Numbered from the stretch's first letter, positions 34,648-45,296 are shown. The stretch: DNA of 64,000 nt from an uncultured Candidatus Rokubacteria bacterium (GCA_963789955.1 CAWBMV010000015.1:224001-288000), one strand, 5' to 3'. Notes: generated by a model not told the origin, from the letters alone. Translations and numbers: made by a program.

Positions 34648-36093
34648 CGCCGCCCTCCGCCTCTCGAGCCACCGCCGCCGCCACCACCGCCGCCCCTCGA
34701 GCCACCACCGCCACCGCCGCCTCGGCTGCCACCGCCGCCGCCACCGCTGTAGCTGCTTCCGCCACCTCGGCTGCCGCCGCCGCTGTTGCCGCTCGCGCGT
34801 GAGGAGCTCACGCTGGACTGACCACGCTGGCTGTCGGCGCGCGTCTGGCTGCCTTGCCCCACGCCCTGGAACGCTCCGGACTCACGCCCGCCGCCGCCAC
34901 CTCCGCCCTCGCGAGTGCTTGCGCTCGGGCCGCGTTGCCCGGCTCCGGCCCCGCCTTCGCGAGTGCTGGCGCTCGGGCCGCCTCCGCGGCCCGCATCCTG
35001 ACGGCCGCCCCCCTGATCGCCTCGGCCTTTGTAGGCGTCGCGCGTACCCGCCTGGGGACCGCTGGCGCGGTTGTACTTCTGCTGCGTGCCCTTGTCACGA
35101 TACTGGGCGCCCCCGCGATGCTCGGGATTGTGCTTGAACGAGTCCTTGCCGCCCTGGCCGCCGCTGCCTCGCTCGTTCTTGATCTGGGTGGCCTTGTCAC
35201 CACGATTGACGTTGTTGGTGAAGTTGTTGGTCTTGTTCACGTCGATGTCGACGTCACCGCCACCCCAGTTACAGCCGCCCCACACGGCCGCGCCAACTGC
35301 CATTCCGACGCCGAACGACAGCGCCGCTGCGCCCCACGGGTACGCGGGCGGGTACGGGTAGTAGGGCGGGTAGGCGGGCGGATAGGATCCGTACACGACG
35401 GTCGGGTTGTAGGCCGGGACGTAGATCACCTGCGGATTTGCCGGCTCGATCTTGATGACGGTCTGCTCCGCCGGTTGTGGCGGCGCCGGCGGCTGACCCG
35501 CCGGCGGCGGAGGCGGCGGCGCGCTCTCGACCTGCTCGACGATCACCTTTTGCTGCTCGTTCGACTTCAGATTGCCCTGCGCCTGCGCCTTCGCGCGCAT
35601 GCGCTGGATAGCGTCCATGGTGTCCTTCCTCTGATCGAGGAAGGCGTCGCCGAGCTTCTGCATCCAGTCGATCTTCTCGTTCAAGATGTCCAGCGTCTGG
35701 GGAAAGCTGCAGAGCGACTTCACGCTGTCGTCCCAGTCGTACTTCTTGAGCTCCTCGTTGAGCGCCGTGGTCCTTGAGATTCGGCTTGGACTTCATCAAC
35801 CGCGCTGCCTGGATGACCTCGAGCGGGTACGTGGCCGCCATCAGCACCTGCGCCACGAGCGGATCCGGATAGAGCGCGATGGGCGCGACGATCGCTTCGA
35901 GCTCCTCCGGCTTGAACGGCTGAACGTCGTTGTCGCCGGGCTGGGCGGCCGGCGCCGGCTGTTGGGCCGGGGCCGGTGCCGTCTGCTGAGGCGCCGGAGG
36001 CTGCTGGGCCCGCGGAAGCGGCGGCGCGGCGAGCAGAATCGCGAGCGTGACCGGCACCGATCGGGCCGCAATGTTCTGGATCCGGCGTCTCAT
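34644..36093 (-). CDS. DUF3300 domain protein with Gly/Arg-rich low-complexity tail; frameshift near 35770
   Basis: LEAIVAPIALYPDPLVAQVLMAATYP, WDDSVKSL, IEPANPQVIYVPAYNP. Confidence 0.9.
34650..34800 (-). repeat. Coding low-complexity repeat (GGSRGGGGGG-type)
   Basis: Repeated CCGCCG/CCACCG tracts encoding poly-Gly interrupted by SR. Confidence 0.8.
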
Positions 36094-36115
36094 GTTTCCT
36101 CCGGTGCGCAGTCTA

Positions 36116-36680
36116 CTACCTTCCATAGGCGGGCCGCCGCGCGACCGCGTCCTTCATCCCCTTGAGTCGGAAGCCCAGGCCGATCATCAGGATTCCGACC
36201 ACGATCGCGAACGTGCCGATCAACCACAGCACCGCGAGCACCCCCGCGCCCGGCGCGGCGATGAGGACGACGCCGAAGAGCACGGTCACGCACCCCGTTC
36301 AGCGCGAGCAGCCACTCGTTCCTCAGCTCGCGACGCAGATGAAACGCCGCGATGATCTCGAAGACGCCGCGCACGATGGCCCACACCGCGATCACATAGA
36401 GGAGCGCAATCGCGGTGACCCCGGGCATGAGCAAGGTCACGGCGCCGGCAACGAGGCTCGCCAGACCAGCCAGGAAGACCGCCCACGAAAACCCCTCGCG
36501 CCGCCGCGCGAGCGCCCACAGGACCGCCAGGATCCCGTCGATGAAGAGATAGCCGCCGTAGAGGAGGACGAGGACCGCCAAGGTGAGTCCGGGCCAGAAG
36601 AACGTGCCGATTCCGAAGAGCACCGCGAAGACACCCCGCAGGACGATTGCCCACCAGTTCTGTGCCAGTGTGTGGAGCAT
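36116..36680 (-). CDS. HdeD/DUF308 family membrane protein, one frameshift
   Basis: NWWAIVLRGVFAVLFG..WPGLT, IAVWAIVRG.FEI, EWLLALNG. Confidence 0.88.
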
Positions 36681-36889
36681 TGTCGCGCCTTTCCGCCCGT
36701 CAACGTCGGGCGTATCTCCGTGATGGGTCCGGTCGAGCCCCAGTCGTGCGCTCCAGAGAATCGGGGGGCCGCGACCGGCCAACAATGAGACCTTGGTCGG
36801 ATGCCGGAGCGGCGTAGGACTTTGGTCCCACTATGCCGAACGGGCCGGCGCCGGTTCAATGCCCGGACAGAGGACGGGAGGTCTGACTC

Positions 36890-37702
36890 ATGGAACTCAA
36901 AGAGATGATGCAGGTCGCGATCGACGTCGGCACACGGTTCGGCATCCGCATCGTCGGGGCGATCGCGCTGTGGATCGTCGGACGGGCGGTCATCAATTTC
37001 TGCGGGCGACTGATCGACCGCGGACTGGTCAATCAGCACATCGACCCCACGCTCGGCCGCTACGTCAAGTCGACGGTGTCGATCGCGCTGAACGTCGTCC
37101 TGGTCATCGCGATCCTCGGAATCTTCGGCGTCGAGACCACCACCTTCGCGGCGGTGATCGCCGCCGCCGGCGTCGCGATCGGGATCGCCTGGGGCGGCAT
37201 GCTCGGCAACTTCGCGGCCGGCGTGTTCCTCGTGATCTTTCGCCCGTTCAAGACCGGCGATTTCGTCAGCGCGGGCGGCGTGACCGGGACCGTGCACGAG
37301 ATCGGGATGTTCGCCAGCAGCATCGACACGCCCGACAACGTGCGGACCATCGTCGGCAACAACAAGATCGTCAGCGACACGATCCAGAACTTCTCGGCCA
37401 ATCCCTACCGGCGCGTGGATCTCACGGCGCAGCTCGCCCACGGCGTGGACGCGAGGGACGCGGTCGCGATGCTGAAGGACCGGATGGCGAAGATCCCGAA
37501 CGTGCTGACGGAGCCCGCCCCCGACGTGGAGATCCTCCAGTTCACCCTGGCCGGCCCCGTGCTCGCCGTCCGGCCGTACTGCAACAACGCGCACTACTGG
37601 CAGGTCTACTTCGACACCAACCGGGTGATCCGCGACTCGTTCGCCTCGGCGCGGTATCCGGTGCCCGAGCAGCACGTCCGGGTCCAGAGCCCCGCCGGCT
37701 GA
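36890..37702 (+). CDS. mscS: Small-conductance mechanosensitive channel
   Basis: GVAIGIAWGGMLGNFAAG, RPFKTGDFV, GTVHEIG, NFS..YRRVD. Confidence 0.92.
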   Translation: MELKEMMQVAIDVGTRFGIRIVGAIALWIVGRAVINFCGRLIDRGLVNQHIDPTLGRYVKSTVSIALNVVLVIAILGIFGVETTTFAAVIAAAGVAIGIAWGGMLGNFAAGVFLVIFRPFKTGDFVSAGGVTGTVHEIGMFASSIDTPDNVRTIVGNNKIVSDTIQNFSANPYRRVDLTAQLAHGVDARDAVAMLKDRMAKIPNVLTEPAPDVEILQFTLAGPVLAVRPYCNNAHYWQVYFDTNRVIRDSFASARYPVPEQHVRVQSPAG

Positions 37703-37703
37703 T

Positions 37704-38411
37704 TCACTGCTGGCCGAGGTAGGCCTCGCGGATTCTCGCGTCGCGCGCGAGGTCCGACGGGGCGCCCTCGGCGACGATGCGCCCCTGCTCGAGGACGTAG
37801 GCGCGGGCGGCGATCGCGAAAGCCTGCACGATGTTCTGCTCGACCAGCAGGACCGCGACGCCCTCCGCGTGGATCGCGGCGACGACCTCGAACACCTGAT
37901 CGACGATCTGCGGCGCCAGACCGAGCGAGGGCTCGTCGAGCAGCAGGAGCCGCGGCATCGCCATCAGCGCGCGTCCGATCGCGACCATCTGCTGCTGACC
38001 GCCCGAGAGCGAGCCGGCCAGCTGTCGCCGGCGCTCGCGCAAGATGGGGAAGGTCGCGTAGACGCGCTCGAGGCTCTGACTGCGCCGCGCGCGCGCCGCC
38101 GGCGCGTAGCAGCCGATCTCGAGATTTTCCTCCACCGTCATCGCCGCGAAGAGGCGGCGGCCTTCCGGGACCAGCGCGATCCCGTGGCTGCAGAGCGCGT
38201 GCGGCGGGACCGACGACAGATCGCGCTCGTCGAGCCGCACGCGTCCGGCGCGCACCGGCAGGAGGCCGGCGATCGCGTCGATGAGCGTGGTCTTCCCGGC
38301 GCCGTTGGGTCCCACGACGGTGACGAGCTCGCCGGCGCCGACGGCGAGCGACACGTCCCAGATCGCGACGGCATCGCCGTAGCCGACCTCGAGGCGCTCG
38401 ACGTCAAGCAT
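37704..38411 (-). CDS. Branched-chain amino acid-type ABC ATP-binding protein (LivF-like)
   Basis: GPNGAGKT, LSGGQQQM, LLDEPSLGLAP. Confidence 0.95.
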   Translation of the reverse strand: MLDVERLEVGYGDAVAIWDVSLAVGAGELVTVVGPNGAGKTTLIDAIAGLLPVRAGRVRLDERDLSSVPPHALCSHGIALVPEGRRLFAAMTVEENLEIGCYAPAARARRSQSLERVYATFPILRERRRQLAGSLSGGQQQMVAIGRALMAMPRLLLLDEPSLGLAPQIVDQVFEVVAAIHAEGVAVLLVEQNIVQAFAIAARAYVLEQGRIVAEGAPSDLARDARIREAYLGQQ

Positions 38412-40140
38412 AGGCTTTCCCGAGATACGCGCGAACCACGTCCGGATCGCGCATGACCTGACGCGGCAGGCCTTCGGCGATGACCCGGCCGCCGCTCAGC
38501 ACCACGACGCGATCGGCGAGGTCGAGCACGGCGCGCATGATGTGCTCGACGAAGACGACGGTGGTGCCGCGGTCGCGAATTCGGCGGACGAGGCTGAGCG
38601 CGGCCGTCATCTGCGCCGGCGTCAGGCCTGAGAGCACCTCGTCCAGCAGCACCAGCCTCGGCTCGGACGCGAGCGCGCGCGCGAGGTCGAGGAATTTTCG
38701 CTCGAGCAGGTTCAGCTCGCCCGGCAGCGCGTCGGCCTTGGCCTCGAGGCCGGTGAAGGCGAGCCAGGCGCGCGCCAGGCTTTGGCCGGTCGCGCGGCCG
38801 TGCCCGCCGCCGAACATGGCCGCGAGGGCGACGTTGTCGACGACCTTGAGCCGGCCGAACGAGCGCGGAATCTGATAGGTGCGAGCCACGCCGAGTCCGG
38901 CGATCCGATGCGCGCGCACGCGCGCGATGTCCTGGCCGTCGAGCACGACGCGGCCGCCGTCGGCCTGGTAGTAGCCGCTGACCACGTTGATCAGGGTCGA
39001 CTTGCCCGAGCCGTTCGGCCCGATGAGGCCCAGGATCTCGCCGGCGCGCACCTCGAGCGTCACGCCGGCGAGCGCCTGCAGACCGCGGAACGCCTTCTTC
39101 ACGTCGGTGCAGCCCAGCAGCGCCATCGATTCGGTCCGTGCCGGCCGCACGGCGTGCAGCGCCACGACGGCGCTCGCCGGCGTCTCGACGAGGGGCGCCG
39201 CCCGGCGCCACGCGCGGCGCAGGCCTCCCGCGACGCCGTCGGGCAGGAAGACGATGACGATGATCAGGATCGCGCCGATCAGCGCGCGGTTCAGGACCGC
39301 GCGCTCGCCGCCGGTGAGGGACTGGGTCAGCGTGGTGACGATGACGGCGCCGAGCGCCGGGCCGTACCAGAAGCGCGTCCCGCCGAGCGCGGCCATCATG
39401 ATCGCGTCGACCGCGAGCCCGACCGCAAACGTCTCGGCCACGGTCACGTACGTCACGAACATCGCGTGGATCCCGCCGATCAGCCCGGCGATGAAGCAGC
39501 TCAGCGCGAAGGCCACGAGCTTGTAGCGATAGGTGGGGACGCCGAGCACTTCGGCGACATCCTCGTCGTCGCGAATCGCGAAGAGCCCCATGCCCCACCG
39601 GGAGCGGTAGATCGCGAGCGCGGCGACGGTCGAGAAGAACGCGACGGCGAGCGCCAGGTGATAGAGCGTCGTCGCCGGACCGCCGAAGAGCGCCGGCACC
39701 GGGACCGCGGCCAGGAACACGCCGGGCCCGCCGTCGAGCCCCGTGTTGAGGGCGATCGTCGACAGCACGAACGTCACCGCGAGGGTCAGGAGGCCGAAGA
39801 GCTCGCCCCGCACGCCGCGGACGCGGAAGACGACGGCGGCGATCGCGCTCCCGAGGAGCGCGGCGACCAGCCCGGCCGCCGGCAGGGTCCACAGAAAGGG
39901 AACATTGAAGGCGGTCGCGAGGGTCGCCGTCGTGTAGACGCCGGCGCCGAAGAAGGCGGCGTGACCGAAGCTGAAGTAGCCGGCGTAGCCGCTCAGGATG
40001 TTCCAGCTCGTCGCCAGCGACACCCAGAAGAACACGAGATAGAGGAACGATTCGTAGAAGGCCGGGAGCTTCAGCGCCGGCACGAGCGCCAGCGCCGCAC
40101 CCGCGACGACGAGTGGGACCGCCGGTGGGAGGCGAGACAC
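38404..40140 (-). CDS. Fused LivM-like permease and LivG-like ATPase
   Basis: SWNILSGYAGYFSFGHAAFFG ... GPNGSGKST, LLDE, VEH; continuous frame from GTG at 40140. Confidence 0.92.
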   Translation of the reverse strand: MSRLPPAVPLVVAGAALALVPALKLPAFYESFLYLVFFWVSLATSWNILSGYAGYFSFGHAAFFGAGVYTTATLATAFNVPFLWTLPAAGLVAALLGSAIAAVVFRVRGVRGELFGLLTLAVTFVLSTIALNTGLDGGPGVFLAAVPVPALFGGPATTLYHLALAVAFFSTVAALAIYRSRWGMGLFAIRDDEDVAEVLGVPTYRYKLVAFALSCFIAGLIGGIHAMFVTYVTVAETFAVGLAVDAIMMAALGGTRFWYGPALGAVIVTTLTQSLTGGERAVLNRALIGAILIIVIVFLPDGVAGGLRRAWRRAAPLVETPASAVVALHAVRPARTESMALLGCTDVKKAFRGLQALAGVTLEVRAGEILGLIGPNGSGKSTLINVVSGYYQADGGRVVLDGQDIARVRAHRIAGLGVARTYQIPRSFGRLKVVDNVALAAMFGGGHGRATGQSLARAWLAFTGLEAKADALPGELNLLERKFLDLARALASEPRLVLLDEVLSGLTPAQMTAALSLVRRIRDRGTTVVFVEHIMRAVLDLADRVVVLSGGRVIAEGLPRQVMRDPDVVRAYLGKAYA

Positions 40141-40142
40141 GC

Positions 40143-40991
40143 TCAGAGCTCGGGTCGCAGCAACAAGATCAGGATCAGCAAGGTGAACGACACGAGGGGC
40201 GCCCAGCCTGGCGCGGTGACTGCCATCGTCAGCGCCTCGCTGGCGGCGATGAAGATCGAGGCGGCGAGCAGGCCGAGCGCGTTGCCCAGCCGGCCGATGA
40301 TGACGGCGGCGAACACGACGCCGATCCACGAGTAGATCTGCGACGGCGCCAGGGTGTGGTTGAGCGCGATGAAGAGGCCGGCGACGGCCGCGTACGCGGA
40401 GCTGAGGCCGGCCAGCAGCAGCGCCAGACGGCGGCGGTTCACCCCGAACGCGCTGGCCATCGGCCCGTCCTGCGCGCTCGCGCGCGCGGCCTTGCCGAGA
40501 TAGCTCCAGCGAAGCCACGCCCAGGTCGCCAGGGTCAGGGCCATCGCCGCGACGAACGCGAGGAGCCCGCCGAGCCCGACGAAGAACGGGCCGAGCTTCA
40601 GCGAGGTGCGCATGTACGGCGACTCGAGGCGCCGGAAGTCGGCGGTCCAGATCCACTGGATCAGGCTCTCGAGGATCACCGTGAGCCCGAAGGTCACGAT
40701 GAGCGACGTGAGCTCGTCGATCTTGAGGCGAAGGAATCCTTCTTCGAGCACGATGCCGACCACGAAGAATCCCGGCACGATCACGATCAAGGTGAGGATC
40801 GGGTCGAGGCGGAGCGCGGTCGCGAGCTGGTAGGTGAGGTACGCCCCGAGGAATGCCAGCGCGAAGTTGGCCAGGTTGATGACGCGGAGCAGGCCCCACG
40901 TCAGGCTGAGTCCGAGTCCGAGCAGCGCGTAGAGCCCGCCGGTGAAGAGCCCGGCGAGCAGCGACTGGCCGATCAGGTTCAGGCTGGGCAG
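40143..40991 (-). CDS. LivH-like permease (probable CTG start)
   Basis: GGLYALLGLGLSLTWGLLRVINLA lies in frame upstream of the called ORF; no ATG/GTG available; GGGGAG precedes CTG. Confidence 0.88.
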   Translation of the reverse strand: MPSLNLIGQSLLAGLFTGGLYALLGLGLSLTWGLLRVINLANFALAFLGAYLTYQLATALRLDPILTLIVIVPGFFVVGIVLEEGFLRLKIDELTSLIVTFGLTVILESLIQWIWTADFRRLESPYMRTSLKLGPFFVGLGGLLAFVAAMALTLATWAWLRWSYLGKAARASAQDGPMASAFGVNRRRLALLLAGLSSAYAAVAGLFIALNHTLAPSQIYSWIGVVFAAVIIGRLGNALGLLAASIFIAASEALTMAVTAPGWAPLVSFTLLILILLLRPEL

Positions 40992-41016
40992 TGCGCGGCG
41001 CTCCCCTCGGCGCTCC

Positions 41017-41547
41017 TCACGTGGAGTAGAGAGGCAATCGCTGACCCGGCGGCAAGCTGGCGACCGCGTCCTCCAAGGTGCGCGCCTGGCGCCACTCGCT
41101 CGCGGGCCGCACGTAGCCGTTCGTGCCGACCTGGTCGATGCCCCAGTAGACCTCGAGGTTGTTGCCGTCGGGGTCCTGGAACTCGACGGCGATCTGACAG
41201 CCGGCGCGCCGGCGTCCCTCGAAGACGATCGGCACGCTGTGCTTGCGCAGCCACGCCCGCGCGCGGAACACCTCGTCGAGTGTCGCCACCTCGAAGGCGA
41301 AGTGGTTCAGGCTGCTCGGATCGCTCTGCCGGGCGCCGCCGACCAGCGCGACGCCGTGGTGGTCGGCGTTGCAGCGCATGAAGACCATCCCGCCGGGTAC
41401 CATGCTGTCGGGATAGCGATCGCTGATCGCGAGGCCGAGCACCTCGGTGTAGAAGCGCACGGAGCGCTCGATGTCGGTGACGTTGAGCACCACGTGGCCG
41501 AGCTTGCGCAGCTGAAACTGGAGCGGAGCGTCCGATGGGTCCGCCAT
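41017..41547 (-). CDS. VOC family protein
   Basis: LGHVVLNV, DHHGVAL, LNHFAFEV, FQDPDGNNLE; AAGGAGG RBS. Confidence 0.92.
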   Translation of the reverse strand: MADPSDAPLQFQLRKLGHVVLNVTDIERSVRFYTEVLGLAISDRYPDSMVPGGMVFMRCNADHHGVALVGGARQSDPSSLNHFAFEVATLDEVFRARAWLRKHSVPIVFEGRRRAGCQIAVEFQDPDGNNLEVYWGIDQVGTNGYVRPASEWRQARTLEDAVASLPPGQRLPLYST

Positions 41548-41567
41548 GCGCGTCCTCCTTGGTCTCG

Positions 41568-42278
41568 CTACTCCGTCGCCAGCACGCGCCGCCGCTCCCG
41601 GTGATAGTCGGAGAGCTTGAGGTTGGCGGACGTGATCGTCTGAGTCTCCGCCGCCACGCGGGCGACGTCCTTGCCCGGGATCATCACGTAGAGCTCGTCC
41701 TCGCCGAGATCGGTGTAGACCCGATTGCCCACGCAGCCCGTGCTCGCGATCACGCCCTGAGCGAGCGACGCGGGCAGGGCCATGCACGTGGGACGTCCCA
41801 GAAGCGGCGCGGGCGCCGCGATCCCGGCGCGCAGCGCGGCCTCTTGCAAGAGCATCACGCGGCCGGGCCGACCGGCCACGAGCACCACGTCCGGATCGAC
41901 CGGTGCGTCGGCGAGCGGCGCGTAGATCACGACACCCGGCGTCTGGGGCAAGCGCGCAATCCCCGGAACTTCCTCCATCTTCAGATAGCCGAGCTCGGTC
42001 ATCAGCCCGAGCGTCTGCGGGAGCTCGGCGGCGCGATCGGGCGGCAAGGGGAGATTGTGCGTGTAGCTGCCGATCGGACAGTTGTGGTGATCGGCCGGCA
42101 CCGTGTAGAAGGTTCGCTCAGCGGCGGCCAGCCGCCAGAAGCTGCAGCCCGAGGGCTCGGTGCCGCTGAATTTCGCGACGCCCGGGGGCGGGGAGGAACG
42201 GAACGCGACGGCCACGGGCCGCCGCTGCAGGCCGAGAGCTCCGGTGAGCTGCCGCTCGATAGCACGATAGTCGATCAT
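41568..42278 (-). CDS. DUF169 domain protein
   Basis: PVAV, GCSFW, NCPIG, YAPL..PDVV, RPTC, GCVGNR. Confidence 0.85.
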   Translation of the reverse strand: MIDYRAIERQLTGALGLQRRPVAVAFRSSPPPGVAKFSGTEPSGCSFWRLAAAERTFYTVPADHHNCPIGSYTHNLPLPPDRAAELPQTLGLMTELGYLKMEEVPGIARLPQTPGVVIYAPLADAPVDPDVVLVAGRPGRVMLLQEAALRAGIAAPAPLLGRPTCMALPASLAQGVIASTGCVGNRVYTDLGEDELYVMIPGKDVARVAAETQTITSANLKLSDYHRERRRVLATE

Positions 42279-42433
42279 CGCAGGCCTCTGATCCTGAGTC
42301 GGGGTTGAGGATTCGTCCGGCCGGCACGTGCCGTCACCTCCCTGCGAGATGGCGGCCGAACACCGGGCACTATACTGCGGTGCGCGAGCTCAAACCAGCG
42401 AGCCGGCGTGAAGTGAGCGGGACACGGACGGAG

Positions 42434-42465
42434 AAAAAACTAGAGGGGGCCGAGCAGGCCCCCTC
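42434..42465 (-). terminator. Rho-independent terminator
   Basis: Minus strand reads GAGGGGGCC-tgctc-GGCCCCCTC-TAGTTTTTT. Confidence 0.8.
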
Positions 42466-42501
42466 CGGGAGATCTGCCGATCTACCTGCGTGGGGTCGAA
42501 T

Positions 42502-42822
42502 CTATCCGGCCTGCGGCGGCATGGGCGGGGCCGGCGGCGTCATGCCGCTCGGGATCCAGAGCCAGTAGTACGGCGTGGCTCGGCCGTCACCGTAGAGCTG
42601 CCAGCGTCCCTCGGGATACACGACCCGATCCGACGGAACGGCCGGCGCCACGGTCGTTGCCGGCGGAACCACGACCGTCGCAGGCGCAGGGGCCGGCGTC
42701 GGCGCCATGACGACCGGGCTCGGCGTGGACCGTTCGACTTCTTTGCTCCGATATACACAGCCTCCCGGCGCTGCCAGGAGTATCGGCGCGACCACGATTG
42801 CTCGGACGGCGCGAGTGCTCAT
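42502..42822 (-). CDS. Pro-rich putative lipoprotein
   Basis: Signal ending APGG-C; RVVYPEGRWQLYGDGRATPYYWLWIP; GAGGAGG RBS; followed by a terminator. Confidence 0.72.
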   Translation of the reverse strand: MSTRAVRAIVVAPILLAAPGGCVYRSKEVERSTPSPVVMAPTPAPAPATVVVPPATTVAPAVPSDRVVYPEGRWQLYGDGRATPYYWLWIPSGMTPPAPPMPPQAG

Positions 42823-42959
42823 GTCTGCTCCCTCCTCATCGACATCAGCACGCGCGTTTTTGCGTATCCGGTATCTACCTGCTGCTGCTTTAGTCCGGCG
42901 GAGTCGATCGCTTCGCGCTACCATCCCGCGTGAGTCATAGCCAGGAGAGGAGACCTTCG

Positions 42960-43277
42960 ATGCTTGCGATCTGGGTGAAAGTGCGCGTGAAGGCGGATCA
43001 GAAGAAGCGGTTCCTAGAGGCGATCGAGATCGATGCGCTCGGCTCGGAGCGAGACGAGCCGGGTTGCCTGCAGTTCAACGTGCTCCAGGACGACCAGGAC
43101 GAGAACGTCTACTACTTCTACGAGGTCTACAAGGACATGGCGGCACTCGAGGCCCATCGGGCGGCGCCGCACTACGCGACGTGGCGCGCCGCGGCCGATA
43201 CCCTGGACGGGCCGACCGCCCCGACGCGGTGCAAGACCGTGTTCCCGGCTGACCGCGCCTATTGGGGGAAGATGTAG
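42960..43277 (+). CDS. ABM-domain protein (LsrG/quinol monooxygenase-like)
   Basis: RDEPGCLQFNV, YEVY.D.AALEAH..APHY. Confidence 0.9.
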   Translation: MLAIWVKVRVKADQKKRFLEAIEIDALGSERDEPGCLQFNVLQDDQDENVYYFYEVYKDMAALEAHRAAPHYATWRAAADTLDGPTAPTRCKTVFPADRAYWGKM

Positions 43278-43411
43278 CGGCCCGAGCGTCAGCTCGAGCG
43301 CTGGTTCGCTGTCCGCTGGACGTCGCTGCTGTCACCGCTCGATCACCCCACCCGGGGTGTCCGGTGATGCGGCGACGTGTCGAATCACGCAGTTCGAGCG
43401 CGCGGTAGGCG

Positions 43412-43427
43412 TGGCGCGCGGTTTGCT
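43412..43427 (+). promoter_or_regulatory. Putative sigma54 (-24/-12) promoter
   Basis: TGGCGCGCGGTTTGCT versus consensus TGGCACG-N4-TTGC(A/T): one mismatch. Confidence 0.55.
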
Positions 43428-43445
43428 TATGCGGATTTACGAGTA

Positions 43446-44507
43446 ATGGCGTCGATGCTATCAGACCGTCTGTTCGGGCTCTTCTCGTCGGACCTGGCGA
43501 TCGACCTGGGGACGGCCAATACCCTCGTGTTCGTCCAGGGACGGGGCATCGTCCTCAACGAGCCGTCGATCATCGCGATCCGCAAGACCGACAACGAAGT
43601 GATCGGCGTTGGCCACGAGGCGAAGGCGATGCTCGGCCGAACGCCGGAGAACATCCAGGCGCTGCGCCCGCTGAAGGATGGCGTCATCGCCGACTTCGAC
43701 GTGACCGAGCGGATGCTGCAGTACTTCATCGAGCGGGCGCGCCAGATTTCTTCCGGACGAAAGCACGCCTGGGTCCTCGACCGGCCGCGGGTCATCGTCG
43801 GCGTGCCCTCGGGAATCACCCAGGTCGAGAAGCGCGCGGTCCGCGACGCCGCGCTTCAGGCCGGCGCGCGCGACGTCTATCTGATCGAGGAGCCGACGGC
43901 GGCGGCCATCGGCGCCGGGCTGCCGATTCACGAGCCCGGTGGGCACCTGATCGTCGACATCGGCGGCGGGACCACCGAGGTCGCGGTCATCTCCATGTCC
44001 GGCACGGTGTACTGCAACTCGGTGAGGATTGCCGGCGACGAGATGGACGAGGCGATCATCCAGCACATCAGGAAGCACTACCGGCTCCTGGTGGGTGAGC
44101 GGCGCGCCGAAGAGATCAAGATCGCGCTCGGCTCGGCCCATCCCGAGGCGCTGGAGCGGAGCTCGATCGAGGTCAAGGGCCGCGATCTCGTCGACGGCGT
44201 ACCGAAGACGCTCGTCATCACCGACGAGGAGATCCGCGAGGCGCTGCGCGAGCCCGTGATGACGATCGTCGAGACGGTCAGGACGTGCCTCGAGCGGACG
44301 CCGCCGGAGCTGGCGGCCGACATCATCGAGAAGGGCGTGGTGCTGACGGGTGGCGGCGCGCTGCTGCGCGGGATGGACTGGCTACTGCAGCACGTGACTC
44401 AGCTGCCCGTCCGCGTCGCCGACGATCCGTTGAGCTGCGCCGCGCGCGGGGCCGGCCGGGCGCTCGACGATCTCGAGCTCCTGAAAAAAGTCGCGATTCC
44501 CGCCTGA
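43446..44507 (+). CDS. mreB: Rod shape-determining protein MreB (orphan copy)
   Basis: [52 protein letters not shown]. Confidence 0.95.
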   Translation: MASMLSDRLFGLFSSDLAIDLGTANTLVFVQGRGIVLNEPSIIAIRKTDNEVIGVGHEAKAMLGRTPENIQALRPLKDGVIADFDVTERMLQYFIERARQISSGRKHAWVLDRPRVIVGVPSGITQVEKRAVRDAALQAGARDVYLIEEPTAAAIGAGLPIHEPGGHLIVDIGGGTTEVAVISMSGTVYCNSVRIAGDEMDEAIIQHIRKHYRLLVGERRAEEIKIALGSAHPEALERSSIEVKGRDLVDGVPKTLVITDEEIREALREPVMTIVETVRTCLERTPPELAADIIEKGVVLTGGGALLRGMDWLLQHVTQLPVRVADDPLSCAARGAGRALDDLELLKKVAIPA

Positions 44508-44511
44508 CGCC

Positions 44512-45296
44512 TTAGTCGACGCCGAAGTCGTAGACCCGGCCGGACGCGCCGGCGGCCATGCCGTAGGTGAGCACGAAGCCGTATTCGCCCGGCTTCAGCG
44601 GCTCCTTGGGCGTCAACTTGTAGAGGCCACGCGCGTCCTTCTCCGAGGCCTCCATGTCCACCCGGTCCTCGCTACGGACACCGTACTTGACCGAGCCACC
44701 GAACGGCGCGAACGACCCGCTGGAGATTTTGAGGTTCCGATCGTCGTGGTCGCTGCCGGGCTTTAGCCGTACGAGCGGCGCGTCGTTCGCGGACCACGTG
44801 CTGTAGAAGACCGGCTTCTTGTCCGCGATCCGGTACTGGGCCTTCCGTCCTCTGAGGACCAGCTCGCTCTTGGAGTCGAAGAACCCGCTGCTGAACTCCA
44901 GGGAGGCGTTGGCGGGGACGAGCTCGACGGACTTCCCGCCGACCAGATAGACGATGGTTTCCCTCGCCGCGGCCGGGGCCGCTGCCGCAGCGGGCGCCGC
45001 GGGCGCGGCGGCGGCCGGTGCCGTCGTGGCGGACCCTGCGTTGACGGCGGCCTCGATGACCTGGTCGGACAGGCCGGCGTTCTTGAGCCCGATGATCCCT
45101 TGGTGCTCACGTCGAACTTCGTCTGGCTCGAGCGAATCTTCGAGATGATGATCGAGTCCGAGAGCCCGGCCTTCTTCAAGGCCACGAGCGACTCGTTCGT
45201 GAGCACTTCCTGCGCCGTGAGCGAGGTGGCGCTGAAGAGGGTGAGCGCGGCCACCGCGAGCACGAGCGTGTGCCGAAGTCGTTGCGAGCCGATCAT
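44512..45296 (-). CDS. Secreted hypothetical protein, one frameshift near 45095
   Basis: Signal peptide; LTNESLVALKKAGLSDSII and LKNAGLSDQVI helical repeat; Ala/Pro linker; ends LKPGEYGF...VYDFGVD. Confidence 0.78.
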
